64,000 nucleotides of DNA from Felis catus (taxonomy: Eukaryota). The position numbers and the translations under genes were made by a program. Of this stretch, positions 1-12,515 are shown in pieces (within the stretch, counting starts at the first letter, position 1; the number at the start of each line of letters is the position of its first letter). Location: the NCBI RefSeq assembly GCF_018350175.1, contig NC_058368.1, forward strand, positions 189,784,001-189,848,000, in the 5' to 3' direction. The notes below the pieces were generated by a model. That model was given only the letters and a program-made list of their open reading frames with translations, did not search any database and was not told the DNA's origin.

Positions 1-924
1 TGCAGGTGCCCAACAAATGTTGAATGCTGACTCTTTCTCACCAAGAAAACATGCCTTGTACTGACAGACCTCCCCCTTGCCCACCCCTCCAGTCTTTAGT
101 CACATTCATTTTGCTTATTGAAAAGCAGTGGTCTCTCCATCAGACTCCTTTGATGTCCATTGCAGTGAGCTCTTCCCCTAGAGCACAATTCTTTTGATGA
201 ATTGATGAAGTCCAAGGACTAGCAGAGCCTCTGTGTGAACTCTGGACACCTGTGGACTTTCCCAAGACACTTGACCTTATCCAGAAAAACCCTGCCTCAG
301 AAACCCGCCAGCACATCCTTTCTGACATCTGCACCATTCACCCCTGAATGTGACTTGACAATGCAGGATCAGTTCCCACAGTCACAAGCTGCCTCATTGC
401 TTCAATGACTGTACCTTGGCTTCTTGTGAATAGAGTTTTCAGAGACCTAGACACTAGGAGCAACACATCCACTCTGAGTTTGCCTATGGTCCAGAGACAG
501 GAGACAGAGCATCCCAGGAGGCAGGGAGATGATTCCAAAGCACTTGTACCTACATCTCACCTCCTGCCAGTGCTTGCATGTTCTTGCAGAAGGACTGCGA
601 ATGTACTAGCCCTTTGGAGCACCTACCAGGCTTTCTGAGTAGGCCCACCTGAGCCCTGCTGACAGCCCTGAAAGGAGACGGAATTTCAGCCAAAAAGAGC
701 CCAACTGTCAGCAGAACAGAGTTAGCAAGAGGGTGCCCTGCCACCAGCTTACCTGCTACACAATGCAGCGATCCTCTTAACTCCTTCCTTCTTCATTGCT
801 TCTTTTTCCTATTATCGCCCATGGTATTCTTTTCTTTTGCTGTTCCCAACTCAATTTTGTGTAATTTAGACCCTAAAAAAAGAGAGGGAAGAAAAGGTGT
901 CAGAGTTACAAAGGACGTCATCTA

Positions 925-1594
925 ACTCAGGGCATCCCAAACCCTGGAAAAATCATTTAAGAGTTTTTTTTTTTTTTTAAATACAGATTCATACACCCTA
1001 CTTTAGATCTACAGTTGTAAACAACTCTTGCTTTCTCTGCCAAGGCATGGCTTTCTTCTGGGTGCTTCAGAGCACTCTCTTTTTCCCCACTCCATGTGGT
1101 TCTCCTAGGGCCACCGATTCCGTAATAAACACCTCTCTAGAGATGATTGGTCCCACAATTGGTACATAATCCAAACTGGGCTAGTCAGAGTCCTTCCCTG
1201 TGTTCTTAGACTCACTGGATAAAAGACAAAAGTGTCTCTTCCTCTTTGGTTGCCTAACTGAAAAAAATAGAACCCATTCTCCACAGAGTAGTAGCCCGAG
1301 TTCCTGCCAACTAAGAGAAACCTATCTGTAATAGAGGAAAATGAGAATCAGAGAGAGTTCTGACAGTATATGCTAAGTTCCTGAGGCAAATTTTATCTCT
1401 GAATTCCCCAGTTTCCTGTGTCAAAAAACTCCCTTGTTCTGCTTAAGATAGCTTCGAGTTTCTGTCACAAGTGACAGAAAGTATAGAAAATAATATACTA
1501 GTGAATCAGGAACTCATGGGGCAGGATTAAAAAACCTGAAATTTTTAAAGATGTCCAGGAATTTCTGATGTATGGCTAGGTTTAGGATACTCTG
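925..1594. mobile_element. MER5-like hAT relic split by an ERVL-type LTR (about 1017-1497)
   Basis: MER5-like halves (aaatacagattc...ctttagatctac and tgaatcaggaact...tttctgatgtatggctaggtttagga) flank an LTR16/LTR33/MLT-like block (agtcagagtccttccctg...gcttaagatagc...tttctgtcac). Confidence 0.5.
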
Positions 1595-1949
1595 ATAGAA
1601 CAGCCTATCAGTTTATAAGGAAAAAAGCTGAGATCCACATAAGATAAGTGGCTTGATAGTAACAGTAAGGTAGACTCCAGTGAGCACTTTACTACATGTA
1701 CGACCCAGTGTGAAGTGAGTCACATATATGATTTCATTTGTTCTTCAGCAGTCTGCTTTAAGTTTACTATGTCTAGCACATCTATTTGCTGCATACTCTG
1801 TTGGTTTTATCTACAGTTATATATCCACCACCTAGCACAGTACCTAGAACTGTGTATAGTAGGAACTTACTAAATACCTGTTGACTATTGAATACATTTT
1901 ACAGATTAATACAATTACTACTAGTAGTAGTAGTAATAATAGTAGTAGC

Positions 1950-2195
1950 AGCAGCACTGCTAACATTTACTGAGTGTGTTACGTATGTTACAGATTCTTT
2001 TTAAACATTACCTTATTTGATTGTCTAAAAAAGCCTTTATAAGGTAGGTTTCTACTACTCCCCATTATGATGGGAAAACTGAGCCACAGAGGTGTGAAAT
2101 AATTTCCCCAAGGTCACACAGCTAATAAGTAGCAAAATTAAGATTCAAACCCAGGCAATCCGGCTCCAGAGTCCAGTTCATAATCACTGTCTTAT
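1950..2195 (-). mobile_element. MIR SINE
   Basis: MIR core: ccccattat...gggaaaactgagccacagagg...cccaaggtcacacagcta...gattcaaacccaggca. Confidence 0.8.
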
Positions 2196-2526
2196 ACTGG
2201 TTTAATTAATGTATCCAAAATGACCAAGCCACTGAATAGCAAGCAGATGCAGTGTTTGAGCCTAGGCTTGTCTGAGTCCAGAATCTACTCTCTTTAACTG
2301 CTCTTTATATTTCTTCTCTGTGGTTAATTATCTGGCAGTTCATGGTGGTCCACGTAAATGGTGGCCCTTGTTTTGTGCAATATATACTATGCATGGCTCT
2401 CGTGGCAACTCTCACAATATGATTAGAAACCAACTATCTCAACTTCTAGAGAGGAATAGTCAGGTGTGATCAAAAACAGGACTCAATGGGCCAAATACTG
2501 AAACCAAGGTACAACTGTTTGCCTGT

Positions 2527-3003
2527 TGTGTCAATTTGGTTACTACAGGAAGCAGAAGCCAAAATGGAATTAGAAGTGTAAGAGATTTACTGGGGGAAAC
2601 ATCTATGAAGAAGAAAGGGGAGAGGAAACAACAGTAGGTGGAGACAGCCTCAGACCACAAGGAAGTTCTGACACCTGTTAAGGGCGAAAGAGGAGGAAGG
2701 AAGATTGGGTAGGAAGACTGCCTGATTGCAACGAAACTGGAAACTTGGAGGTAATCTGGGCGGGGCTGATGGGAAGTCCAGGGCAATGCTTGCCCGGTAG
2801 AGAAGTCTTGCACTGGGGAGAAATGGCCTGGCTCCAACATACTCAATCCCCGCCTGAGAGTAGCCCAGTCAGAGCAGGGCTTTGGTGTCAGTGCTGTGGT
2901 TGATTCCTGAGGAGCGGCTGCTGCAAGCTGTCAGCCATCCACACTCCTTGCAACTGGTTCTCTTGGAGAGAGACTTAGACTGTGCCTTCCCATAGCTGCC
3001 ACA
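2527..3003 (-). mobile_element. ERVL-class solo LTR (LTR16/40/41-like)
   Basis: TG...CA ends; 5-bp near-TSD CCTGT (2522-2526) / CCTAT (3004-3008); characteristic gaagcagaagccaaaatggaattaga...agagatttactggggga segment. Confidence 0.7.
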
Positions 3004-4162
3004 CCTATGTACCATGAATTAAATCTTCAGAAGGAAACACCAGGGAGCCACCCACAGAAGATAAGCAGTCAGGGCCTACAACAGCACCTCACACATCTGA
3101 GTACATTTGCTTTCAAACCTTGTGTTGGTTTGGCCTTACTAAAAGTGTCAGCTCATTTAGTGAAAAATGTATGTTTTCCTGAAGAGGGGTGAGTGGGACG
3201 TTTTCTCATTTATTTTTTGACAATGGACACATTTAAATTGCCACAAAGAAGTTACTATGGAAACTGCTCACAAACTTGCAAGATAAAAGGTAAAAATGGA
3301 ACACTTTGTTGACATGCAAATGATTAGTCTTTGGAGACCACTTTTGAACCCAGTCTTCTTGTCTGGTTCTTCTGAGTCCATTAGAATCAAAGGTAGACAG
3401 GCAAGTTTTTTGGCGTTACATTCTAGATGCCCCTGGTGTGATAACTCTGGAGTAAGTCTAGACACTTCCAAACTTGGTGTTGAAACAAGCAAAGTAGACA
3501 ATGACATTGTACTCTCTAGGTAATTCTGGGAAGGCTGACTACGAATTGCTATGAATGTGCAAACAGGCCCAGGGCAGGGAAGGTGGTTGTTTTTATGCCA
3601 GGCCCATTCTTCTGATGTACCCTGGACCTGCTTGGTTGAAACTGAACTTGCTGAGCTCTTATTTGTGCAAGGTAGTTTCTCTTTCTTATCTTCTCTGGCC
3701 ACATTCCATCCTTTGAATCTTGGACCAGACAGCCTTTTCAACAGAAAACAAACTTCTCATCTGAAAGCACCATTTGTCTACCTATCTCTGCTCCTCTTTC
3801 CCTGCCTCTTCCCACCCACCAGTCCAATTCACTTTATGTCTGCCTAAGCATTCCTATCTTGACAAAGCTTTGAGATAGCTTTGTCCCGATTTCTGCTTTT
3901 TCTATCTGGCAATTCTTTCAACTTGCTTCTCTCAGACCTTAATCCCAAAAGCTGTATTGAAACCCTTTTCAAAGCTGCTTCCAATAATTAAGTGGATGCA
4001 ATGTGAAGAGGTGACTTGACCTGAGGAACTAGGGGTCAGAGGTTCAGGGTTCTTGATTTAGGACCATTGTTAACAAGCTTCGCAACTAGCAGCAATCAAT
4101 TTCACTTCTCCCTTGTGAATCAGTCTTCATCTGTTCCCTCCACCAGGTATTTTTTCTGGCAG

Positions 4163-4164
<2 letters not shown>

Positions 4165-4230
<66 letters not shown>
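4165..4230. repeat. (TTTC)n microsatellite
   Basis: About 16 tandem CTTT units, directly visible. Confidence 0.97.
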
Positions 4231-4231
<1 letters not shown>

Positions 4232-4239
4232 TTTTTAAT

Positions 4240-4530
4240 GTCCAGCTCCTTTTCATCATTCAAGTTTTAGCTTAATTATAGAGTCCTCAAAGAGGCCCTA
4301 AATACTCTGTATTGTTACTTTCCTCTAACACCATTCTCTTCAACATTATCTTCTGTTTTCTTCAACAATTTTCTATCTGCAATTATCTTAAATGTTTCCT
4401 TGATTATTATATTTGCTCCAAAGACCTGTAAGATCCAAGAGAGCTGAGGCCTTGTTGGTCTTGTTCCCAGCTGTATTCCCTACTCCTGGCACACAGAAGA
4501 TTTCTGCTCAATACATTCGTGTAGAATGAA
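4240..4530 (+). mobile_element. L2 3' fragment
   Basis: Ends gtcttgttcccagctgtattccc...cctggcacacag...gctcaatacattcgtgtagaatgaa, typical of an L2 terminus. Confidence 0.65.
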
Positions 4531-4852
4531 AAGCACTGTAAAATTCAAGCAGTTGGGCCAAATGAATTTTAATGTTTCTTTTGCACTTCTAACATGACCA
4601 TTGTTAAAAATGAAGAAGCAAGAAAATGAAGTCACAGCAACCATTGCAATAAAACACTGAGTGCAGTGTGTATTTGTACTTATGCTTAAGAATATAAACC
4701 TGCCAAGTTCTTACATGTGTTACAGTGTTGTCTTTCTAGTTTCCCATAGAGTGTGAACTAAGTTTCTGAGCTTGAAGATAAAGTATCTAAGGAGGATATT
4801 CGGTAGCTGTCTATAAAACCACTGTATCACAGAATTAGAGTGCAATAGGTTT

Positions 4853-5335
4853 TATTTTTTTTTCTTTCTAATTTTTAATTTAAATTCTACTTAGTTACCA
4901 TACACTGCAATACTGGTTTCAGGAGCAGAATACAGTGATTCATCACTCATACAACACCAAGTGCTCATCACAACAAGTGCCCTCCTTAATGCCCATCACC
5001 CATCCAGTCCATCCCTCACTCACCTCTCACCATCAACCCTCAGTTTGTTCTCTATCTTTAAGAGTCTCTCGTGGTTTGATTTGTATTTCCCTGATGATGA
5101 GTGATGTTGAGCATTTTTTCATGTGTCTGTTAGCCATCCGGATGTCTTCTTTGGAGAAGTGTCTTTTCATGTCTTTGGCCTTTTATTTCCTTGTGTTGTC
5201 TGATTGCTGAGGCTAGGACTTCCAATACCATGTCGAATAACAGTGGCGAGAGTGGACATCCCTGTGGCGTTCCTGACCTTGGGGGAAAAGCTCTCAGTTT
5301 TCCCCTTTGAGGATATTAGCGGGGGGGTCTTTCCT
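4853..5335 (-). mobile_element. Carnivore L1, 5'-truncated and internally deleted (RT piece + ORF2 C-terminal piece + 3' UTR)
   Basis: Minus-strand peptides [33 protein letters not shown] and [35 protein letters not shown], then L1 3' UTR and an A-rich tail. Confidence 0.9.
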
Positions 5336-5346
5336 ATCTCAAGTAA

Positions 5347-5550
5347 TTTTTTTTAATCTTTTATTTTTGAGAGAGAGAGAGACAGAGAGAGCAGGGGAGG
5401 GGCAGAAAGAGGGAGACACAGAATCCAAAGCAGGGTCCAGGCTCTGAGCTGTCAGCACAGAGCCTAATGTGGGGCTCGAACCCACCAACAGTGAGGTCCT
5501 GACCTGAGCCAAAGTCAGATGCTCAACTGACTGAGCCACCCAGGTGCCCC
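5347..5550 (-). mobile_element. CanSINE (SINEC, feline type)
   Basis: Reverse complement begins GGGGCACCTGGGTGGCTCAGTCAGTTGAGC; (CT)n tract; A-rich tail. Confidence 0.95.
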
Positions 5551-5721
5551 TCAGGTACTATTTTAACAAGACTTATTTCACAAGAAAATCCTTTCAATGA
5601 GGTATTCGAAGACTCAAAATCATAGCACGCTGTGGTATTTGTTACACATTCAGGACTGTTTCTAGGGAGAAACAATACTTACTATTTGGAAAATGTGTCT
5701 GAGGGCTGCTTGATCCTATAC

Positions 5722-5830
5722 CAGTGCTTCTGACACTTGAGCACGGAGGACTCCGTAAAGCACAGATTCCTGGTCCCCACCCCAGAGTTTCTGGCTTTGA
5801 AGGTCAGAGGCATGGGGAAGGGTGCGTAGG
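5722..5830. mobile_element. MER5-like hAT fragment just upstream of the promoter
   Basis: ccagtgcttctgacactt...cacagattcctggtccccaccccagagtttctg. Confidence 0.6.
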
Positions 5831-5910
5831 ACCGGAGAGTCTAACAGAAATACTACCAAGTTTATCACACTAACTCTCTCAGCTTAACCTGTCCGCTAGG
5901 CCGGGGGAGA

Positions 5911-5935
5911 ACTACAAGTCCCGGCGTGCCCCGCG
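5911..5935 (+). promoter_or_regulatory. ZNF143/THAP11-type (SBS2) promoter motif
   Basis: ACTACAAGTCCCGGCGTGCCCCGCG fits the ACTACAnnTCCCnnnRTGCnnnGCG consensus, about 250 bp upstream of the ATG. Confidence 0.75.
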
Positions 5936-6165
5936 CGCAGAGGGCGGAAAGTCGGGCACTTCCGCTCCACGCAGCGCCTCTGCCCCCGCGTCTCGACGTG
6001 TCACCGGCGGCGCCGCGGCTGTGGCAAGAGAAGGACCTAACTGGGGGAGTTCGAGGCGGCGGGCGGCGGCGGTGACCCCGGCCAGGATCTGCCCCGGCGC
6101 GGAAGTGTTCCGGGGTCTGTGGGGAGCAGGGGAGGGAGCCGGCGGCTCGGCCCGCGCGGGGCACG

Positions 6166-6206
6166 ATGTTGAACATGTGGAAGGTGCGGGAGCTGGTGGA
6201 CAAAGC
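6166..6206 (+). CDS. CLINT1: CLINT1 coding exon 1 (MLNMWKVRELVDKA)
   Basis: ACGATGT start (A at -3) inside the CpG island; donor GC|GTGAGT at 6207; ENTH helix 0 region. Confidence 0.97.
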
Positions 6207-9200
6207 GTGAGTATCGGGGGTCAGTTGTGGCCAAGGCCCACGCAGAGGAGGGGAGGAAGGGGGAAGGGGAGCTGGCCTTGCGCCCGGGGCTGCCCGCGTC
6301 ACGCCCCCCGGCTTGGCCAGTCCCATCATGGCGGCGACCGGCTCTCTCTCCGACCCGGAGCAGGTCCAGACCCGCGAGGGTGAGAAGGGACCCTTCCTCG
6401 TTTCAAAACATCCTGTTAGCCCCCTCCTCTCCTGTGCAGGCCTTCCTCACCTTGCCCCCACCCCTATCCCTCTAGGCACAGACCCTTTGGTCAGGGGAGG
6501 GGGCGGGGTTGTCCAGAGCTGGGTCACTGCCCTGGTTGGAGGACTGTCTTGGCCCCAGGCTGTGGGTTTTGCCTCCGGGGCAGCGGGGAAGGCTTGGAGG
6601 TGGGGGACGCAATGCACTGACCCTCTGTGTTCTCAGGGTGTGGTGCGGAGACTTAGGCCTGGTCGGGTTGCTTACTGGGTTTCTTTTAATTCCTAATGAA
6701 CCTGAAGTGTTGGAGTGGGTGGTAGGTGTAACAAGTGGCCATTGTGGTCAGGCTGAAGTTACTCAAGAGGAGATTCATCCTTTGCTTTTCTAACACTAGT
6801 GAAAGTAGATCACCACATTACTTACTGTGATTCTTCTTTTCCTCTGTTTCCTTTTCCACTACATTTCATTTTTGGAGGGTCACTTGTTCCATTGGGCTTA
6901 GTTAACAAGTCATTAAGAAATTTACCCTGAAGAAGGAAACAACCCGGGTTTATATCCCGTTGATCTGCTTTTAGCTTCCCTGACAGGTAAAATGACTAAT
7001 GCATAGATGATTTCCTATAAGAGTTAGGTTATAACTTTAGTGTCTCACTACACCAGAAAAACCTTCACACTTAACAGACGTAACATTAAGGACTTCTAGG
7101 CCAGCAGGAAATAAAGTTTAAGAATTTAACCAGTCCTCTTCCTTTGGCTTCTAGTGATTGTGCAATACGTGTGGTGACAGAAACATTGGTGATACCGACC
7201 CAACCTAAAATCAGGAAGTGTTGATGGCAAACTTTTGAGTTTTTCTTGACACCAAAAAAAAAAAAAAAAAAACCACCAAAAACCAAAAAACACAATTTAT
7301 AGTGGCTTGGATAATCGTCAGATGGAACTTAGAATTTGACCATATTTCCAATTTGCTGTGCTACCAAGAAGGCAGTAGAGCACCAAAGGGACATGGGTTT
7401 TAGAGCCTTCAGAGCTGGGTTCAAGCTCTGTAACCTTGGCAAGTTAAGTAACTTTAGGTGCCCCAGCTTTCGTAGGTGCAGGATGAAAATAATGATAGAT
7501 ACCTACCTTACAACGTTGTAAAGCTGAAGGACTAAGGACTTTACATATAAAGCTCTTGCCACAGTATATTTAGATCAGTATACTTTGGATGACTGTAGCA
7601 GATGTTCTGCATTGAGAGGGAGATAAACATTAAAAGAGAAACTCCACGTTTGAGAAATGGTTTGTTTTAATACTTTTCCTTTATCAGCTGTTCATTTGAT
7701 CATTAAGTCCTCAGACATTTATTTTGGGTTTGTTTTGCTATTTATATGCCCTTTGCTTCCTAAAGATAAAATCATGGTTCTTTTCCAGATACAGGTTCAT
7801 TAGTTTTTTATATTTTTAATTTTTTCCCAGTGGACACCGTGCATGCCTTATTGGATCACTGGTTGTTTATCCAAGTGTAAAGACTTGGATACTAGCTTAA
7901 ATAGTTTTGAAAGTCCAAAAGTCTCTACAAAACTCTTTATTTCTAAGCCAGAGAGCAGCAAAAGAGATCTAAGAGAAACCTTGCTATCTTAGAGAACTAA
8001 GTTTGTGGTACTCACAAATTTGCAGAAGCTATATACGTTTTTCAGGAGACAGAAATCAAGGCAACGTTCCTGCTGATGTTGTACGTTTGCTATTGTTTGT
8101 CTTTATCACTCATGTTACCAGTCTTCAAGTGTTCAGGTGAAATTTGGCACATAAGTGGTTATCAAGTCATCTAATGGAAGAACTGTTGTTGAAAAAGAAC
8201 TTCTGTCTTCCTTTTTACTACCCATTTTAAAATGGAGACTTGAACCAAGTTCAGGAACGTGTAAGAATTCTGCCACCAAGGACTTTTTAAAGTTTTTGTG
8301 GGTGTCTGACACATGATATTAAGATTAGAATGTGAGGTTATTTTACTGAATACTTAGAATTTAATTTTCATCTTTCATTGGCAGGAGAGAAAAAAATTCT
8401 TCCCTCAAAATGTAAGCATCTTACAGAACCAGTACCTGTGGCACAGTGTCCAGTTAGATTCTTCACCTTAAAATGCCATAATGGAGGAGAAACCAATCTG
8501 TAGAATGGCTGCTTTGATTATTAGAGGAATAAGGTATTGAGGGAACTTGGAAATGAAGAAACGAAGTGATTAAGGACTGCTCGGAGAGTTTGGATTAATA
8601 GAATGAGGTCTTATGTATTAGGAAGGGCACAAGTTAGGGGTTTTAGAGACCTGGGTTCAGATTCTGATACTTCCTTTTAAGCTAGCCATATGTATAATTT
8701 TGCAGAGAATCACATAAATATCCAAATGATACATTCCTTATCAGTAAAATGAGAGGATGAGGGTAGACAAAGTCTGTTTTCAACTCTACTGGCTATTTGG
8801 AGACATGAATTTCCATTGCGTGGGCAGGGGGGAGATATGGAACTGGTATTTCATAATGGCACGTAGATTTTGGAAAGTCATTCTCCAGCGACAGTTTTGG
8901 CTGAAAAAGGATTTTTTTTTAAAGTGGTAATCAATAATTGTTATATTTAAATGCTTTATGCAGTAAATAAATGCAACCAATGACTCAGGAAAACTAGGAC
9001 TTTTATTTAGCATATATCCCTACCCAGCGAGGTTTACTTGAGAAAGAAAAATGTTTTCTTTCAAAATGTGTTCCCTAGAGCTGCAGTTAGATCAAGTATG
9101 GTGGCAGTTCTGACGTATAACGATGTATTTCAGATATTGGCTTTTGAGAGCTTGAAGACATGGAGGGTGAGGACATACTTTCCACAATTGTTGACCTCCT

Positions 9201-10418
9201 GGTAGTATTAAATGGCTTGGTGTGCAGAATACTGTGGAACTGAGGAAAAGCAGATAAAGTCATAGGCCAGCCAGAGCTGAGAGTACCAGTTTCCTCCCAC
9301 TTGTACTCAAGTTGCATGAAAGGCAGCTGTGGCAGGAAGGGATAAGTGGCACCACTCCCACCAACTAGGACTAGCTTGACCATTATCATCGTGTGACCTG
9401 CCTTCTTGTCATAAAGTTGGATTCTTTGATATTTTGTTATCCCACACATGGTATAAATTAAAAGTTGCTACAGTTGTGTTCTGTTTTTTCTCCAAACTTT
9501 GGGAATGTAGTCAACGTGACAGATAGTGGTAGATCAAAATGGCTACTTATTATTCAAGCCCAGTGAATCCTTCTCTTCCATTGCACAGAGTAGTACTAGT
9601 GGTAAATCTACTTCATCGGTGGCCCTTACTCTTTTTATGATAGTGATTCAAATAGTGCTGGCCAGCTACTATTGGTGGGCAACTGCTGTTGGTAGTCCTT
9701 TCTTATTTTCTTAAGCATAGCTTGCGTTTTCCCTTATAAGTTGATTTTTGTTGGTGTTAACATGCGGTTTTGTCCCCTAAATGTTTGTAGAGCTATAGAA
9801 ACTACTGTTACCTAGTCTAGACTCCAGAAGGAGAACGTTTTACTTTTTAAGAAAATATTTCATTCAGTTATTTCAACAGATAATACTTTTTTTTTTTTTT
9901 TTGGAGTAGTACTGTATTTTCTGAACTTGAAAAGTATAATACAGGTACCCTGCCTTCAAGAAACTTGCCATTACAATTACACTATATTTTGAACTTACTG
10001 TCAGTTTTGCTTTTTAGTCACCAGATGGTTTCCCCCTTATTTTCCCTGTCTTCCCAGTAAATCTCTGTTCCGTTTGCTTCTTAGAATTTGAAAGCAGACA
10101 TGATTGTCAGCTTTTTAGTCTTCCCCTATCAACTTTTTTGGGAACCAATAATAGATCATTGTTATTAGTGAAATAATTAATTATCCGCCCTCTCTTATGG
10201 TAAGTGGATATAAGAAGATATTAAGAATTTAATTCCAAAGACAGAAGAATTTAATTTATCTTCTGCCAGTATTTCTGTAGTTTAAATTAGCCAATTTAGT
10301 ACTACTGTCAAAATGCTTTTAAAAATCACTTAGTTGTCTCTTATGTTTTTCTGTGCCCTGTAGTGTTAGTTTACAAGTAGTTTTTCGTTTGTTTACTGAT
10401 CTATCCACTGAAAGTACT

Positions 10419-10443
10419 TGTGTGTGTGTGTGTGTGTGTGTGT
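10419..10443. repeat. (TG)n microsatellite
   Basis: About 12 TG units. Confidence 0.95.
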
Positions 10444-10550
10444 TTTAATTTAATTTTAAGTACCACTTATTTAGTTAATACTTCTGGTTTTTACAGTATG
10501 GCTCCACAGTTGAACCTTTTTGTGTGCTCTTAAATTATTTTCTTATTTCA

Positions 10551-10766
10551 TTTTTTTTAAACAAATTAGTTTTTAATGTTTATTTATTTAGAGAGAGAGA
10601 AAGTGCCATCAGGGGAGGGGCCGAGAGAGACGGAGAGAGAGAATCCCAAGGAGGCTCCGTGCTGTCAGCACAGACCCCGACATGGGGCTTGATCCCAGGA
10701 ACCATGAGATCATGACCTGAGCTGAAATCAAGAGTTAGATGCTCAGCCGAGCCACCCAGGCGCCCC
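10551..10766 (-). mobile_element. CanSINE
   Basis: ...gaatcccaag...gagatcatgacctgagctgaaatcaagagt...gccacccaggcgcccc end. Confidence 0.93.
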
Positions 10767-10829
10767 TCTTACTTATTTCTAGTGTTTACTTAATAATTCT
10801 TTTAAGAAAAAATAAAGAGTAAAGGCAGC

Positions 10830-11057
10830 TTTTTTTTCTCTTAATTTTTTTTAACGTTTATTTATTTTTGAGAGAGAGAGAAAGAGCGTGCGCAAACAGG
10901 GGAGGGTCAGAGAGAGACAAAGACACAGAATCTGAAGCAGGCTCCAGGCTCTAAGCTGTCAGCACAGAGCCTGATGCGGGGCTCGAACCCACAGACTGTG
11001 AGATCATGACCTGAGCTGAAGTCAGATGTTTAACCGACTAAGCTACCCAAGTGACCC
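10830..11057 (-). mobile_element. CanSINE
   Basis: SINE body; TSD AAGAGTAAAGGCAG (10815-10828) / AAGAGTATAGGCAG (11058-11071). Confidence 0.95.
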
Positions 11058-11263
11058 AAGAGTATAGGCAGTTTAAATAACATTTTAATCTTGAAGAAAT
11101 TTTATTGTTTTATCTTTCATATTAAGATATATCTAGCTGTGAAAAAGTACTTTTTTAGTATTTGTATTAGCTCTTATGTACAAAAAGTTAACTCCTTTTA
11201 ACCTCAACTGACATTACTTAACATTCTTGGACAATGTATTTAAACTGTTTATTCTTTTATGCC

Positions 11264-11472
11264 TTTTTTTATTGTTTGTTTTTTGAGAGAGAGATAGAGA
11301 GCGTGTGCAAGCAGGGGAGGGGCAGAGAGAGGGGGAGACACAGAATCCAAAGTAAACTCTGGGCTCTGAGCTGTCAGCACAGAGCCTGATGTGGGGCTCA
11401 AACCCTCGAGTTGTGAGATCATGACCTGAACCGAAGTCGGATGCTTAACTGACTGAGCCACCCAGGTGCCCC
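11264..11472 (-). mobile_element. CanSINE
   Basis: SINE body; TSD TCTTTTATGC on both sides. Confidence 0.95.
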
Positions 11473-12296
11473 TCTTTTATGCTTTTTTAAGGTGTCACTT
11501 CATGAGCTTTCCTTGTTTGGTCTAATTACATATGTTTATCTATATGTTTTTATAGTAATTTGCTAGCAAAACACATTCTTCTACTATACCTCCAGGTGAT
11601 ATTTAATGGATCTAGGAAGCAGTTTGGTTCAGAGATCAGAACTGAATCGAAATCTGAGGTCTACTATGAAGAAACAGTGGTCTTGGACGTTGGAACAATA
11701 TCTCTTAAATTTTTCTGTCTGGAAAATGGAGATGATACTTATTTTACAGGGTTCTTGTGAGGATTAAGTTCATGTGAAACACTTAGCATATTACCTGACA
11801 TAAACTCTTGAAATACCTATTGTTATGTAATGCAGAAAATCATTTATAACATAGAAAAAAACAAAGGAATATAGTGTTTAAAAGAATAAAGAAAATATTG
11901 TTGTTAGATTAGATTATTTACAAGTATGTAAGGACTGTGTCTTAATCCATGCATCATTATTTTCAGTGAGCACTCTTTCATAAAACTCTTCACCTGAATG
12001 GACAACTTAACCTACATATAGGAAAACTCATATAAATATCTCTGATGTGTATGCCATGTGTTGTTTTCACCAAGTCATAAATGCTTTTAATATTGAAAAC
12101 ATGTTACAGAAGTAGAAGTAATTCTTTAAAAAGATATGTTGAGGAATAAAGTCTTTGGGGAGACATATTGCAATTTCTATCTGCTAATCTTTGTTCAGTT
12201 TGTTTTGTAGTTTCTAAAGATATTAAAGATAGTACTAATGTAAAACATTCTCCTAAAATGTAAAAAGATTTATTTTTTGAACTTGACAGTTAATTC

Positions 12297-12515
12297 TTTT
12301 TTTAAGTTTATTTTTTTGAGAGAGAGCATGAATGCAGGGGTCAGGGGTAGGGATTGAGGGGGAAGAGACAGAGAGAGAGGGAGAGAATCCCAAGGAGGCT
12401 TCATGCTGTTAGCATGGAGCCTGATGTGGGGCTTGATCTCCTGAACCACGAGATCATAATCTGAGCCGAGACCAAGAGTTGGACACTTAACTGACTGAAC
12501 CACCCAGACATCCCC
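12297..12515 (-). mobile_element. CanSINE
   Basis: SINE body; TSD TAATTCTT. Confidence 0.93.

Larger units (their letters stand above)
5890..6400. promoter_or_regulatory. CpG-island promoter and 5' UTR of CLINT1
   Basis: Sharp switch to GC- and CpG-rich sequence around exon 1; no obvious TATA box; ETS/GABP-type cores CACTTCCG (5957-5964) and CGGAAGTG (6100-6107). Confidence 0.92.

Noticed and set aside
3268..3847. ORFs of 157, 75 and 98 aa upstream of the promoter
   Set aside because: No recognisable homology and no supporting splice or promoter context.
5865..6793. Several overlapping 65-154 aa ORFs on both strands around exon 1
   Set aside because: Expected from the scarcity of stop codons in a CpG island; no recognisable domains. 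The real reading frame has an upstream in-frame TGA at 6073, so there is no long N-terminal extension.
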